DNA of 64,000 bases from an uncultured Arcobacter sp. (GTDB taxonomy: Bacteria; Campylobacterota; Campylobacteria; Campylobacterales; Arcobacteraceae), in contig OZ223300.1 in the NCBI GenBank assembly GCA_965140705.1, forward strand, positions 384,001-448,000, given 5' to 3'. The position numbers and the translations under genes are program-made. Positions 1 through 11,058 of this stretch are shown here, one piece after another (the first letter of the stretch is position 1; every line of letters starts with the position of its first letter). The notes below the pieces were generated by a model. It was given only the letters and a program-made list of their open reading frames with translations, was not told the origin of the DNA and did not search any database.

Positions 1-786
1 GTAGTATTCAAAGGTAAACCAGGTCCTTATGTAACTGGAAAAGATTTAATTTTAGAGATTATTAGAATACTTGGTGTTGATGGAGCTTTATATAAAGCTT
101 TAGAATTCACAGGTGATACAATTAAATATTTAAGTATGGATGATAGATTCTCTTTATGTAATATGGCTATTGAAGCGGGTGCTAAAAATGGAATTGTTGC
201 ATATGATGAAGTTACAAAAGAGTTTTTAGACTCAAGAGATAGTTTAAGAGCGGAGCCAAAAATTCATTACTCTGATGAAGATGCTACATATTGTCAAGTG
301 ATTGAAATAGATGTTGAAGCCTTAAATCCAGTAATTGCATATCCATTCTTACCATCAAATGGACACAGTGTAAATCAAGCTGTAGAAGATAATATTAAAG
401 TTGACCAAGTATTTATTGGGTCTTGTACAAATGGAAGATTATCTGATTTTAAAGTAGCTGCTGAATTACTTGAAGGTAAAAAAGTTGCAAGACATGTAAG
501 ACTTATCTTAACTCCTGGAACTCAAAAGATATTAAGAGAAGCTACAAAATTAGGTTATATTGATACTTTAGTTGATGCAGGTGGAGTTGTTTCAAATCCT
601 ACTTGTGGAGCATGTTTAGGTGGATATATGGGAATCTTAGGTGATAATGAGGTTTGTATTTCTACTACAAATAGAAACTTTGTAGGAAGAATGGGTTCAA
701 GAAGCTCAAAAATCTATTTAGCTAATAGTGCAGTTGCAGCTGCAAGTGCAATTAGTGGATATATCACAGATCCTAGAAGTCTATAG
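1..786 (+). CDS. leuC: 3-isopropylmalate dehydratase large subunit (5'-truncated by window)
   Basis: Frame open from base 1; aconitase-family motifs IGSCTNGR, CGACLG, STTNRNFVGRMG. Confidence 0.92.
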   Translation, partial: VVFKGKPGPYVTGKDLILEIIRILGVDGALYKALEFTGDTIKYLSMDDRFSLCNMAIEAGAKNGIVAYDEVTKEFLDSRDSLRAEPKIHYSDEDATYCQVIEIDVEALNPVIAYPFLPSNGHSVNQAVEDNIKVDQVFIGSCTNGRLSDFKVAAELLEGKKVARHVRLILTPGTQKILREATKLGYIDTLVDAGGVVSNPTCGACLGGYMGILGDNEVCISTTNRNFVGRMGSRSSKIYLANSAVAAASAISGYITDPRSL

Positions 787-1365
787 ATGACTAAGCCACA
801 ATTTGATATACCTTGTGTAATCCTTTGTGGTGGTAGAAGTTCACGAATGGGAGAAGACAAAGCTCTTCTTCCTTTTGCTAAGTATAATACTCTTGCTCAC
901 TATCAATTTGATAGGTTAAAATCTCATTTTAAAAATATTTACCTATCTTCAAAAACTAATAAATTTGATTTTCTAAAAAGTGATGAAAATATAATATTTG
1001 ATAATATTAATGATGAAAGTTCACCTTTGATAGCTTTAAAAAGTATTTTTGAAACTATAAAATCTGACAAAGTATTTGTAATGACAGTGGATACTCCTTT
1101 TATAAAAATTGAAACAATTGAAAAACTGATAAATGAGAGTTCAAATAGTAGTACAATTGCAATAACATCAAGGGAACACAATTTATGTGGAGTTTATGAA
1201 AAGTCTTGTTTAAATGTAATAAATGAAATGCTAAAAGAGAATAATCATAAAATAGGATTTTTACTAAAAAATATAGAACTAAAAAAAATAGAGTTTTTTG
1301 ATGAGAATGAATTTTTAAATCTAAACAAAAAAGAAGATTACCAAAAGGCACTCTCTTTAATATAA
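787..1365 (+). CDS. mobA: Molybdenum cofactor guanylyltransferase
   Basis: ILCGGRSSRMGEDKALL N-terminus, VDTPF and NLNKKEDY motifs. Confidence 0.9.
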   Translation: MTKPQFDIPCVILCGGRSSRMGEDKALLPFAKYNTLAHYQFDRLKSHFKNIYLSSKTNKFDFLKSDENIIFDNINDESSPLIALKSIFETIKSDKVFVMTVDTPFIKIETIEKLINESSNSSTIAITSREHNLCGVYEKSCLNVINEMLKENNHKIGFLLKNIELKKIEFFDENEFLNLNKKEDYQKALSLI

Positions 1366-1373
1366 AAATAATC

Positions 1374-1414
1374 ATAAAAAAAGGGGTTTGAAATTAATCA
1401 AACCCCTTTTTTAT
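1374..1414. terminator. Bidirectional intrinsic terminator between mobA and rplT
   Basis: aaaaaaggggtttga / tcaaacccctttttt inverted repeat with A and T tails between convergent genes. Confidence 0.85.
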
Positions 1415-1429
1415 TTTGCAAATTTAAAA

Positions 1430-1789
1430 TTATTTTGCTAATGCTGCTTTAGCTGCTGTTACAACTGAAGTAAATGCTGCTGCATCATTCATTGCCATAT
1501 CAGCTAATATTTTTCTATCTAATTCAATTCCAGCTAATTTAACACCGTTCATGAATCTTGAATAGTTGATATCATTTAATCTACAAGCTGCATTAATTCT
1601 GATAATCCATAGCTTTCTAATATCTCTTTTTTTCTGTCTTCTATCTCTGTATGCGTATACTAAAGATCTTTCTAATTGTTCTTTTGCTTTTCTAAAGTGT
1701 TTGCTTCTACCTGCGAAGAAACCTCTTGCAGCTTTTAGAACTTTTTTATGTCTTCTTCTTCTAACTATACCAGTTTTTACTCTAGGCAT
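1430..1789 (-). CDS. rplT: 50S ribosomal protein L20
   Basis: MPRVKTG...[10 protein letters not shown]...LWIIRINAA signature. Confidence 0.98.
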   Translation of the reverse strand: MPRVKTGIVRRRRHKKVLKAARGFFAGRSKHFRKAKEQLERSLVYAYRDRRQKKRDIRKLWIIRINAACRLNDINYSRFMNGVKLAGIELDRKILADMAMNDAAAFTSVVTAAKAALAK

Positions 1790-1891
1790 TTTATTCCTTT
1801 CTTAACCATATATTTTGTTTAAATATCGGTGTCGACTATTGTCGAACTTGTCCACATTTTTGTGGAGGGACTTGTAATTAAATTTCTTTAA

Positions 1892-2089
1892 TTACGCTTT
1901 ACACAACATTCTTCTAACTCTTGTAGCATCAGTGCTATCAATAGTTTGAGGTCCTCTTAATGCCACTTTTCTTTTTCTTGACATTTTTGTTAAGATGTGA
2001 CTTCTAAATGCTGAACCACATTTAATTGAACCATTTTTTTTCACTTTAAATCTTTTTAAAGCTCCACTTACTGATTTCATTTTAGGCAT
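1892..2089 (-). CDS. rpmI: 50S ribosomal protein L35
   Basis: MPKMKS..KRFK..HILTK signature; infC-rpmI-rplT synteny. Confidence 0.97.
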   Translation of the reverse strand: MPKMKSVSGALKRFKVKKNGSIKCGSAFRSHILTKMSRKRKVALRGPQTIDSTDATRVRRMLCKA

Positions 2090-2232
2090 GGATTTCTCCT
2101 TTCTTAAATTTGCATTCTTCTTCGATATTAGAAAAAGTTTGTGATTATATTTAAAAAAAGCTTTAAATAAGTTTAAGTTAATTTGAAGTTTTTGTAGAAA
2201 GAGAATTTCTTCTCTTTCTTAAGGAGGCTAAG

Positions 2233-2760
2233 TTAGTCTTTTTTAGGAAGAACCATCATATTTACAAATCTTCCTTCAAGTTTAGGTTCAGAATCTCTAT
2301 CCCCATAATCTTCAAGCATAGGCCATACTTTTTCAAGTACTTCTACACCAGCTTCAGGATGAGCCATTTCTCTACCTTTTAGGAAAACTCTACATTTTAC
2401 GTGATAACCTTTTTCAAGGAATTCGATTGCATGTTTTACTTTATAGTTAATATCATTTTCAGCAATTTTTACAGAAAATTTCACTTCTTTTAGAACAATC
2501 ACTTTTTGATTTTTTCTAGCTTCTTTTTTCTTTTTTTCTTGTTGATATTTGAATTTACTATAGTCCATTATTTTTGCAACAGGTGGTTTACCATCTGGTG
2601 CTATTAGAACTAAATCAAGACCTTGTTCATCTGCAGTTTTTAAAGCATCAGCTGTTGAGATGATACCGTAATTAGTACCATCATCACCCATACACCTAAC
2701 TTCCTTAGCTGTAATGTCGTCATTCATTATTACGTCGTCTTTTTTATTTCCTCGACTCAA
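2233..2760 (-). CDS. infC: Translation initiation factor IF-3 (TTG start overlapping thrS stop)
   Basis: [33 protein letters not shown] motifs. Confidence 0.97.
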   Translation of the reverse strand: MSRGNKKDDVIMNDDITAKEVRCMGDDGTNYGIISTADALKTADEQGLDLVLIAPDGKPPVAKIMDYSKFKYQQEKKKKEARKNQKVIVLKEVKFSVKIAENDINYKVKHAIEFLEKGYHVKCRVFLKGREMAHPEAGVEVLEKVWPMLEDYGDRDSEPKLEGRFVNMMVLPKKD

Positions 2761-4565
2761 ATTTCACTTCCTTTATTAATTTCATTTAACATTTGGATAA
2801 ATTCATCTTTACCCATATTTGATTGTTCTCTTTTTCTTCTATCTCTTAGTGCTACAGTTTTATTTTCAACTTCTTCATCTCCAATTACTACAATCATTGG
2901 AACTCTTTGTTTCTCTGCCATTCTAATTCTTTTATTTAAACTTTCATTCATATTGAAAATTTTAGAATCTATGTTATTTTGTAAAAGTTCTTTTTCCAAC
3001 TCTTTTGCATACTCATTATGAGTATCTGCAATTGGTACAAAAATAACTTGTGTAGGAGCAATAACAAATGGAAACTCACCTGCACAGTGTTCTGTTAATA
3101 TACCAATAAATCTTTCAAAAGAACCTAAAATAGCTCTGTGAATCATAACTGGTTGTTCTTTTTCACCTTTTTCATTGATATATTCAGCTTCAAATCTTGA
3201 TGGTAAGTTCATATCAACTTGTACAGTTCCACATTGCCATTTTCTTCCAATAGCATCTAGAATTTTGATATCAATTTTAGGACCATAAAATGCTCCACCA
3301 CCTTCATCGATACCATAAGTGATACCTTTTTCATCAAGTGCATCCATGATACCTTTTGTAGTTTTTTCCCAAAACATATCATCACCAATTGCTTTTTCTG
3401 GTTTTGTAGAAACTTCAATTTCATATTTAAAATCAAACATTTTTAGTAAGGCATCAACGAATTCTAAAACTTCAAAGATTACATCTTTCATTTGATCTTG
3501 GGTACAAAAAATATGTGAATCATCTTGAGTAAATTCTCTAACTCTAAATAAGCCATGCATTGCACCACTCATTTCATGTCTATGAACAACTCCATATTCA
3601 AAAAGTTTTTTTGGTAAGTCTTTGTATGAGACTAAAGAGTTTTTGAAAATTTGAATATGACCAACACAGTTCATCGGTTTCATCGCATATCTTTGTTCAT
3701 CAATAGTAGTATAGTACATATTTTGACTATAGTTTGCATTGTGTCCTGAGATATCCCACATCTTAGATTTCAAGATTTCTGGCCCTCGAACTGGTTCATA
3801 TCCTCTTATTCTATGTGCTTTATATAAGATATGTTCTAGTTTTGATCTTAGACGTGCCCCATTTGGTAACCACATTGGAAGACCTGCACCCACATCATCA
3901 CTAAATGTGAAAAGTTCAAGTTCCGTTCCTAATTTTCTATGGTCTCTTTTTTTAGCCTCTTCATGCATTCTTACATAGTCATTTAGCTCTTGTTTATCAA
4001 AAAATGCAATACCATAAATTCTAGTAATCATCTCATTTTTTTCATCACCACCAAGATAAGCACCTGCTACTCTTGTTAGTTTAAAACTTCTTATCATCCT
4101 AGTATTTGGTAAATGTGGACCTCTACATAAATCCTCAAAATCACCTTGTTTGTAGATCGTCAGGGTGTCATCTGTAATTCTTGATAATACAGCTTGTTTT
4201 AGTTCGTCACTATTAAATTTTTGTGAAATCTCTTCTCTTGATGCTTCGTATCTTTCAATAGGTAGTTTAGCATTTGCTAACTCTTTCATTTTCTTTTCAA
4301 TTTTTGGTAAGTCTTCATCTGATATTTTTGATTCAACTTTAAAATCATAGTAAAACCCTTCACTTACAACAGGTCCTACAAAAAATTTAGCTTCTGGATA
4401 TAACTCTTTGATAGCTTGTGCCATAAGATGGGCACATGAGTGTCTCAAAATCTCTAAAGACTCTTTAGAGTTATCGGCTTTTATTACCTCTCCTTGAATA
4501 TTTAAAGCTTCCGCAGTTTGAAGGTCATAAATTTGACCATCATTTAATACGCCAATCGGTTCCAA
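2757..4565 (-). CDS. thrS: Threonine--tRNA ligase
   Basis: [47 protein letters not shown] motifs. Confidence 0.98.
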   Translation of the reverse strand: MEPIGVLNDGQIYDLQTAEALNIQGEVIKADNSKESLEILRHSCAHLMAQAIKELYPEAKFFVGPVVSEGFYYDFKVESKISDEDLPKIEKKMKELANAKLPIERYEASREEISQKFNSDELKQAVLSRITDDTLTIYKQGDFEDLCRGPHLPNTRMIRSFKLTRVAGAYLGGDEKNEMITRIYGIAFFDKQELNDYVRMHEEAKKRDHRKLGTELELFTFSDDVGAGLPMWLPNGARLRSKLEHILYKAHRIRGYEPVRGPEILKSKMWDISGHNANYSQNMYYTTIDEQRYAMKPMNCVGHIQIFKNSLVSYKDLPKKLFEYGVVHRHEMSGAMHGLFRVREFTQDDSHIFCTQDQMKDVIFEVLEFVDALLKMFDFKYEIEVSTKPEKAIGDDMFWEKTTKGIMDALDEKGITYGIDEGGGAFYGPKIDIKILDAIGRKWQCGTVQVDMNLPSRFEAEYINEKGEKEQPVMIHRAILGSFERFIGILTEHCAGEFPFVIAPTQVIFVPIADTHNEYAKELEKELLQNNIDSKIFNMNESLNKRIRMAEKQRVPMIVVIGDEEVENKTVALRDRRKREQSNMGKDEFIQMLNEINKGSEI

Positions 4566-4674
4566 TAATTTCCTTTTTTATTAAGTTTTTTATAAAATTT
4601 ATATATTTTAACTTAATTAGACTTAAAAAACTTTAGAGTTGTGCTTATTTAGAATACTTTAGATAAAATTGTGT

Positions 4675-5187
4675 ATGATTATAAACTTATCCAAAATAAA
4701 AACAGAAGCCTTGTTACTCTTATGCAAGGACATTATAACATCTTATGAAAATATTGAAGATGAAAATTTTGAAATTGATGATGCAATAAAAATTTATATA
4801 AAAGATACTTCTAAAGTTATTTTAAAAGAGTTAAAAAAAGTTACAAAAGAAAATGACTATTATTTAAAAAATAAAAACTCATATACAATTCCTTCTATAT
4901 TAAAAGCTTATAATTTTTTAAACTTAGAATTATCAAAAGAGTTAAAAGAAGGTTCCTCTTTTAACCCAGCTATGCTTTATATATCACTTTTATCAATGTG
5001 GTTTAAAGAGTTAGGAAAAGAATCAAAATCAAAAGAATATATCTACTTTTTACTATATCCTTACACTATAATTTATGATAAATTACTATTAAATATAAAA
5101 GATGAAAGATTTAAAGTTCTAAACATAAAAATGGTAGATATAGCAGAACGAGTAATCTTAAAATATGATAGATACACACTAAAATAA
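4675..5187 (+). CDS. Hypothetical protein
   Basis: ~170-aa ORF directly upstream of the NFACT gene; no recognised motif. Confidence 0.7.
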   Translation: MIINLSKIKTEALLLLCKDIITSYENIEDENFEIDDAIKIYIKDTSKVILKELKKVTKENDYYLKNKNSYTIPSILKAYNFLNLELSKELKEGSSFNPAMLYISLLSMWFKELGKESKSKEYIYFLLYPYTIIYDKLLLNIKDERFKVLNIKMVDIAERVILKYDRYTLK

Positions 5188-5198
5188 ATTGGAAAAAA

Positions 5199-6527
5199 AT
5201 GAAATATTATGCTATAAAAAATATTGTTGAATATTTAAATGCAAATTGTAAAATAATAAGACAAATAAGAAGAGTAGAAAATAATACTATTTTTATTGAG
5301 TTTAATGATAGAAATGTAATATATTTTGATATGGCAAAAAGCAATAGTTTAATATATAAAAAAGAGGAAAAAAGTTCATCAAAAAAAGATTTTATCGCTC
5401 CTTTTGATACTATTTTGCAAAAAAGATTTAACAATTCTAGAATAAAAAATATCACTATGCACAATGATGATAAGATAATTCGAATTTATGTAAATTCAAA
5501 ATCTTCATACAAAGAATTAACTACAATCTTACAGTTTGAATTTACAGGAAAACACACAAATATAATAATTTTGGATGAAAATGAGATAATCTTAGAAGCC
5601 CTAAGACATATAGATGAGTTCAGCTCTTCTAGGGTTGTAAAAGTTGGTGAAAAATTAGATGAAATCCCAAAACAGACTTTTATACCCAAAATGGAAGAGA
5701 TAGAAAATACAGAAGAGTTTTTACTTAATAACTATCTTCAAAAAGAACAAAGTTTATTAGCAAGTTTAAAAAAGCAAAAGATATCACAAATAGAGAAAAA
5801 TCGTGCCAAATTATTAAAAGTCTTAAAATCTTTACCACAAAAAGATGAATTAGAAAAAGAATCACAGCTTTTATACGAAAAAGCAAATTTGATTTTGAGC
5901 AATTTGCATCTAATAAAAGCATATGAAAAGAGTGCAAAACTAAATAACTATGATGGAACAGTTGTAGAGATTGATTTAAGTGAGTGTAGTAACCCTTCCA
6001 TTTATGCAAATACTCTTTTCAAAAAAGCAAAAAAACTAAAGCAAAAGAGTATGCATATCTCTATAGAAAAAGAGAACTTAGAGAATAAAATTGAATTTTT
6101 AAATCGAATGATTACTAATATAAATCTTTGTAAGTCTATTGATGAAGTAGAGTTTTTACTTCCAAAGAAACAGAAAAATCAAACTAAAACAAAAAAACAA
6201 GAACCCTATGAGAGTTTTTTCTTTGATGGCTATAGAATACTTCTTGGAACTGATGAAAAATCAAATATATATTTACTTCAAAATTCAAAAGCAAGTGATT
6301 TTTGGTTTCATATGCAAAGTACAAACTCTTCACATGTAATAGTACAAAATACAAAAAAAACGCTACCCATAGATGTTATATATAAAGCAGCAGAGTTATG
6401 TGTAAAATTTTCAACAGATTTTAGTGGAAAATACTTGGTTGACTTTACCCAAAGAAGAAATGTAAAAGTTCAAAATGGGGCAAATGTTTTATATAATCCC
6501 TATGATACAATTGATGTACATATTTAA
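5199..6527 (+). CDS. NFACT/RqcH-family (FbpA-like) RNA-binding protein
   Basis: EFTGKHTNIII N-domain; C-terminal NFACT-R motifs DFWFH..SSHVI and VDFTQRRNVK. Confidence 0.85.
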   Translation: MKYYAIKNIVEYLNANCKIIRQIRRVENNTIFIEFNDRNVIYFDMAKSNSLIYKKEEKSSSKKDFIAPFDTILQKRFNNSRIKNITMHNDDKIIRIYVNSKSSYKELTTILQFEFTGKHTNIIILDENEIILEALRHIDEFSSSRVVKVGEKLDEIPKQTFIPKMEEIENTEEFLLNNYLQKEQSLLASLKKQKISQIEKNRAKLLKVLKSLPQKDELEKESQLLYEKANLILSNLHLIKAYEKSAKLNNYDGTVVEIDLSECSNPSIYANTLFKKAKKLKQKSMHISIEKENLENKIEFLNRMITNINLCKSIDEVEFLLPKKQKNQTKTKKQEPYESFFFDGYRILLGTDEKSNIYLLQNSKASDFWFHMQSTNSSHVIVQNTKKTLPIDVIYKAAELCVKFSTDFSGKYLVDFTQRRNVKVQNGANVLYNPYDTIDVHI

Positions 6528-6617
6528 ATAAACTAGACTCAAAATAAGCCTTAAAAAGCTCATTTACAAAATAGAAAGAAAACTTAAGATAAAATATGAA
6601 AAAATCAAAGGTTTTCA

Positions 6618-7376
6618 ATGTATGAGTTAATTTCCTCAAGTTCAACACGAATAAAAACAGCACTTGTTTTATTTGCCGTATTTATTCTAGTAAGTTATAT
6701 AAATACTATGTTTGTAACTTGGCTTTTTCTTGGCGCTTTTATGATTGTGGGTATTGATGAGGCAATGAATCTTTTTAAAATAAAAGATTCAAGAGTCTTT
6801 CAATATGCTGCTATTACTTGGATTATTGCTTATTTTTATCCTTATCCTGAAATATTAGTTTTAGTTGCTTTAGTTATTTTTGCTTCTAATTTAGCTTACA
6901 AAAGAGATATGGATAAAAAAGTATTTCTTCCTTTATTATATCCTCTTATTTCATTTTTAACACTTTTAACTTTATATAATGAGTATGGAATAGGAGTTCT
7001 TTGGTGGATGTTATTTGTTGTAGCTTCTGCTGATGTTGGGGCATATTATGTGGGGCGTGCTTTTGGGAAAACAAAGTTTTGTGAAACAAGTCCTAATAAG
7101 ACTTTGGAAGGTGTAGCTGGAGGTATAGTTTTAGCAGCTATTTTAGGTCCAATCTTTGCAATTGATGGAATAACTTATATGGGGACTTTAATTATCTCTA
7201 TAGTAGTTGCTATTTCATCTATTTTTGGTGACTTATTTGAGAGTTATTTAAAAAGAGAAGCGGGGGTAAAAGATAGTGGAAGTATTTTACCAGGTCATGG
7301 GGGAGTATTAGATAGAACAGATGGTTTTTTATTTGCTTCAATTGTTATGTTAGTTTTATTAAGAGCCATACTTTGA
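6618..7376 (+). CDS. cdsA: Phosphatidate cytidylyltransferase
   Basis: SPNKTLEG and GDLFESYLKREAGVKDSGSILPGHGGVLDR signature. Confidence 0.96.
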   Translation: MYELISSSSTRIKTALVLFAVFILVSYINTMFVTWLFLGAFMIVGIDEAMNLFKIKDSRVFQYAAITWIIAYFYPYPEILVLVALVIFASNLAYKRDMDKKVFLPLLYPLISFLTLLTLYNEYGIGVLWWMLFVVASADVGAYYVGRAFGKTKFCETSPNKTLEGVAGGIVLAAILGPIFAIDGITYMGTLIISIVVAISSIFGDLFESYLKREAGVKDSGSILPGHGGVLDRTDGFLFASIVMLVLLRAIL

Positions 7377-8464
7377 TAATATTAGGAAGTACAGGTTCTA
7401 TTGGAGTTAATACTCTAAATATCGCAAAAAAATTTAATTTAAATATTGATGTTTTAGTTGCAGGTAAAAATATAGATTTATTAAATACTCAAATAAAACA
7501 GTTCAATCCAAAAACCGTAGTAATTGCTTCAAAAGATGATATTCCAAAAGTAAATCATACAAATGTATCTTATGGGGAAGAAGCAATTTTAAATGCAATC
7601 GAACAATCAGATGCAAAAACAGTTGTAAATTCACTTGTAGGTTTTTTGGGATTAAAACCTACCCTTAAAGCAATCAAATGTGGGAAAAAAGTAGCTTTGG
7701 CAAATAAAGAATCACTAGTAGTAGCTGGTGCTTTTATAGACCAAAACAATCTTATCCCAATAGATAGTGAACATTTTGGCTTATGGTATTTACTTCAAGA
7801 TAAAAAAATAGATTCTATGACAATAACTGCTAGTGGTGGTTCATTTAGAGATTATCCACTAGAAAAGTTAAAAAATGTATCAATAAAAGAGGCCTTAAAT
7901 CATCCAAATTGGTCAATGGGAAATAAAATTACAATCGATAGTGCAACTATGACAAATAAGATTTTTGAACTACTTGAAGCAAAATGGCTTTTTCTCAAAG
8001 AGAGTGATGAGCACAAGAATACAATAAAACTTGATGCAATAATAGAAACAAAATCACTAATTCATGCACTAATTAATTTTACTGATGGAAGTACAACAGC
8101 ACACATAGCAAATGCAAATATGCAACTTCCTATTTCATATGCTGTTTTGGGTAGAGTTGATGAAAATATACTTAAGCATATAGATTTAGTGGAAGTTGGA
8201 ACTTTAGAGTTTAAAAAAATAGAAGAGCAACGATATCCAATCTGGGGTATAAAAGATGAAATATTAAAAAATCCAAATTTAGGTGTAGTTATAAATGCTG
8301 CAAATGAAGTTGCTGTTGCAAAATTTCTAAATGAAGAAATAGGGTTTTTAGATATTTCAAAAATCACTTTAGATGCTTTAAATCATTTTCATAATGTAAA
8401 CCCAAGCTCATTAGAAGATATTTTTGCTTGGGATAAAGAGGTTAGGGCTTATTGTGGGTCTTGA
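7373..8464 (+). CDS. dxr: 1-deoxy-D-xylulose-5-phosphate reductoisomerase
   Basis: LGSTGSIG, LANKESLV, PIDSEH, HPNWSMGNKITIDSAT motifs. Confidence 0.97.
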   Translation: MIILGSTGSIGVNTLNIAKKFNLNIDVLVAGKNIDLLNTQIKQFNPKTVVIASKDDIPKVNHTNVSYGEEAILNAIEQSDAKTVVNSLVGFLGLKPTLKAIKCGKKVALANKESLVVAGAFIDQNNLIPIDSEHFGLWYLLQDKKIDSMTITASGGSFRDYPLEKLKNVSIKEALNHPNWSMGNKITIDSATMTNKIFELLEAKWLFLKESDEHKNTIKLDAIIETKSLIHALINFTDGSTTAHIANANMQLPISYAVLGRVDENILKHIDLVEVGTLEFKKIEEQRYPIWGIKDEILKNPNLGVVINAANEVAVAKFLNEEIGFLDISKITLDALNHFHNVNPSSLEDIFAWDKEVRAYCGS

Positions 8465-8738
8465 TTTATTAATTCCTTTTGGAATACTTTTAGTTTTAGT
8501 TATCTATTTAATAGCTACAAGAACTAAGTTTGAAAAACAGACAATTAAAGATTATGAAGAAAAATTTGAAAATTGGAAAATTCATGCAAAACCAGAAGAA
8601 AAAGAAATTCAAGAGTCAAAAAAAGAGTTAGTTGGACTTGTGTTTAAAAAAAATGGTAAAATAGACATAGAACTTTTTGATGAATTTACAAATGATAGAA
8701 TTCAAAAAGGAAAATTTAACTCAAAGATAAGAGAATGA
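8454..8738 (+). CDS. Small membrane-anchored hypothetical protein (GTG start inferred)
   Basis: N-terminal hydrophobic segment; overlaps dxr stop and next start. Confidence 0.65.
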   Translation: MGLDLLIPFGILLVLVIYLIATRTKFEKQTIKDYEEKFENWKIHAKPEEKEIQESKKELVGLVFKKNGKIDIELFDEFTNDRIQKGKFNSKIRE

Positions 8739-9163
8739 AATATTTACTACTCATAATATCGTTAATAGCAGTTTTAAATGCAGCCTCTTTACATAGAGAT
8801 AATGATAGAAATATCGTAATAGATGATGCAAATAAATTAGTTTGGATGGATAGTGAGTTAAATATTACAACTTATTTAACTCATCCAGATGCGCAAGAAT
8901 ATTGTGATAAATTATCTTATGCAGGCTTTGATGATTGGCGTTTGCCAGATATAGAAGAGTTTGCTTTAATCGTTGATAAAAAAAATACAAAAAAAAATAT
9001 AAATAGAGCCTTTAAATATAGTTTAAGTGAAGGTTATTGGGCAAGCACGGCACATTGGAGAACCTTATGGTTTTATGCTGATTATATGTATTTTGTAAGT
9101 GGAACAGCATATTATGATAGTAGACACAAATTAAAATTAGTTCGATGTGTAAGAAGTAAATAG
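8735..9163 (+). CDS. Secreted DUF1566 (Lcl C-terminal-like) domain protein
   Basis: Signal peptide; A..YC..L..AGFDDWRLP..EE and C-terminal VRCVR pattern. Confidence 0.8.
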   Translation: MKYLLLIISLIAVLNAASLHRDNDRNIVIDDANKLVWMDSELNITTYLTHPDAQEYCDKLSYAGFDDWRLPDIEEFALIVDKKNTKKNINRAFKYSLSEGYWASTAHWRTLWFYADYMYFVSGTAYYDSRHKLKLVRCVRSK

Positions 9164-9175
9164 AAAAGGAAAAAA

Positions 9176-9733
9176 GTGAATAAAAGAGTTTTGATATTAC
9201 ATGGTTTAGGTGGGAGTGATTTTCCCCATTGGCAAGCGCATTTGGCACGTGACTTGATAAAAGAGAATTATATTGTCTCTTTTCCAGCTTTTCCTAAAAG
9301 AGAAAACCCTGAGTTAAATGAGTGGAAAGAGTTTTTAAAAAAAGAGATTAAACATTTTAATCCTGATATTGTAGTTTGTCACTCTTTGGCAAATGTACTT
9401 TGGTTTCATACTTGTTCTGAACTTGATATAAATCTTGATAAACTTATGTTAGTAGCACCTGTTAGTAGAAATAGAATTGTAAAAGAAGCACAAAGCTTTT
9501 ATCCATATCCTATTGCTAAAGATTTAAAAGCAAAAGAGATAATAATGGCAGCTTCAACAAATGACCCATACATGGAAATTGAAGAAGCAATAGATCTTCA
9601 AACAAAACTAAATGTGGGTATGAAAATAATGGAAAATGCAGGACATATAAATGCATCTTCTGGATTTGGGAAGCTTGATTGTGCCTTGGATTGGATTAAA
9701 AGAGAAGAGACTTGTGAGGAAAATGCTAAATGA
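9176..9733 (+). CDS. RBBP9/YdeN-family alpha/beta hydrolase
   Basis: [15 protein letters not shown] nucleophile elbow, STNDPY, AGHIN. Confidence 0.85.
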   Translation: MNKRVLILHGLGGSDFPHWQAHLARDLIKENYIVSFPAFPKRENPELNEWKEFLKKEIKHFNPDIVVCHSLANVLWFHTCSELDINLDKLMLVAPVSRNRIVKEAQSFYPYPIAKDLKAKEIIMAASTNDPYMEIEEAIDLQTKLNVGMKIMENAGHINASSGFGKLDCALDWIKREETCEENAK

Positions 9734-10719
9734 TTCTTAGTATCGAATCTTCTTGTGATGATAGTTCTATAGCCATAACTGAAATAGATACAAATAGACT
9801 CATTTACCATAAAAAGATATCTCAAGAGCTACAACATAGTATTTATGGTGGAGTTGTACCTGAACTTGCCGCAAGATTACATGTGGAAGCTTTACCTAAA
9901 ATACTCCAAGAGTGTGAAGAATATTTTTCTAAATTAAAAGCAATCGCAGTTACAAATGCACCTGGTCTTTCTGTTACACTTATGGAAGGTGTAACTATGG
10001 CAAAGGCTCTATCTTTAGCTTTAGATATTCCTTTAATTGCTGTAAATCATCTAAAAGGACATATCTATTCACTATTTATTGAAAAAGATTCAAACCTTCC
10101 CTTAACAGTTTTATTAGTTTCTGGTGGGCATACTCAAATTATAGAGGTGAACTCTTTAAGTGATATGAAAATCCTTGCAAGTACTATGGATGATAGTTTT
10201 GGTGAGAGTTTTGATAAGGTTGCCAAAATGATGGATTTGGGTTACCCAGGAGGTCCAGTTATTCAAGAACTATCTTTTAAAGGAGATAGTCAAAAGTTTG
10301 ATTTTCCTATCCCACTTAGACAAAGTCCAAAAATAGAGTTTTCATATTCAGGTTTAAAAAATGCAGTTAGAGTTGAGATAGAAAAACAAGGAACTCTAAG
10401 TGATGAAATAAAAGCAGATATTTGCGCCTCTTTTCAAAGAACAGCAGTTGAGCATATCATGCAAAAGTTAAAAAAACTATTTAAAATAAAAGCTCCTAAA
10501 AACTTCGCAATAGTAGGTGGAGCAAGTGCAAATGTTTGTTTAAGAGGTGAAGTGGAAAATCTGTGCAAAAAATATGGAACTTCTTTGATGTTAAGTGAAC
10601 TTAAGTATTGTAGTGACAATGCAGCTATGATAGGAAGAGTTGCAGTTGAACAGTACAAAGTAAGTGATTTTATATCTATAGATGAACTAGATGTTCAAAC
10701 AAGAGTAAAGGTATTTTAA
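9730..10719 (+). CDS. tsaD: tRNA threonylcarbamoyltransferase subunit TsaD
   Basis: [40 protein letters not shown] motifs. Confidence 0.97.
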   Translation: MILSIESSCDDSSIAITEIDTNRLIYHKKISQELQHSIYGGVVPELAARLHVEALPKILQECEEYFSKLKAIAVTNAPGLSVTLMEGVTMAKALSLALDIPLIAVNHLKGHIYSLFIEKDSNLPLTVLLVSGGHTQIIEVNSLSDMKILASTMDDSFGESFDKVAKMMDLGYPGGPVIQELSFKGDSQKFDFPIPLRQSPKIEFSYSGLKNAVRVEIEKQGTLSDEIKADICASFQRTAVEHIMQKLKKLFKIKAPKNFAIVGGASANVCLRGEVENLCKKYGTSLMLSELKYCSDNAAMIGRVAVEQYKVSDFISIDELDVQTRVKVF

Positions 10720-11048
10720 TGATATTCGAAATGGGTGCAAAACTTGATGGTGATAGTTTTGATACAAAAAAAGAAGATAAAAAGAAAAAACCATCAAATA
10801 ATAAAATAGAGCCAAAAAACTCACATCAGTTGGTATTTACTTATGAAAAAAGAAAAGGTAAACCAGTTACTTTAGTGGGTAGATTTTATGTTTCTCTTGA
10901 TGAAAAAAAAGAGGTTCTAAAACTTCTAAAGAAAAAGCTTGCTTGTGGTGGAGCTATAAAAGAAGAGTGGATAGAACTACAAGGTGATGTAAAAGAAAAA
11001 ATAATAGAAATCTTATCAAAAGATGGATGGAAATTTAAAAACAAATAA
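10719..11048 (+). CDS. SUI1/YciH-family translation initiation factor
   Basis: EKRKGKPVT, LKKKLACGG, IELQGD. Confidence 0.88.
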   Translation: MIFEMGAKLDGDSFDTKKEDKKKKPSNNKIEPKNSHQLVFTYEKRKGKPVTLVGRFYVSLDEKKEVLKLLKKKLACGGAIKEEWIELQGDVKEKIIEILSKDGWKFKNK

Positions 11049-11058
11049 AGAGTATGCC

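Noticed and set aside
2758..2760. Expected non-canonical ATT start of infC
   Set aside because: The start is TTG with a proper SD, and an in-frame stop lies just upstream, so no AUU autoregulation is visible
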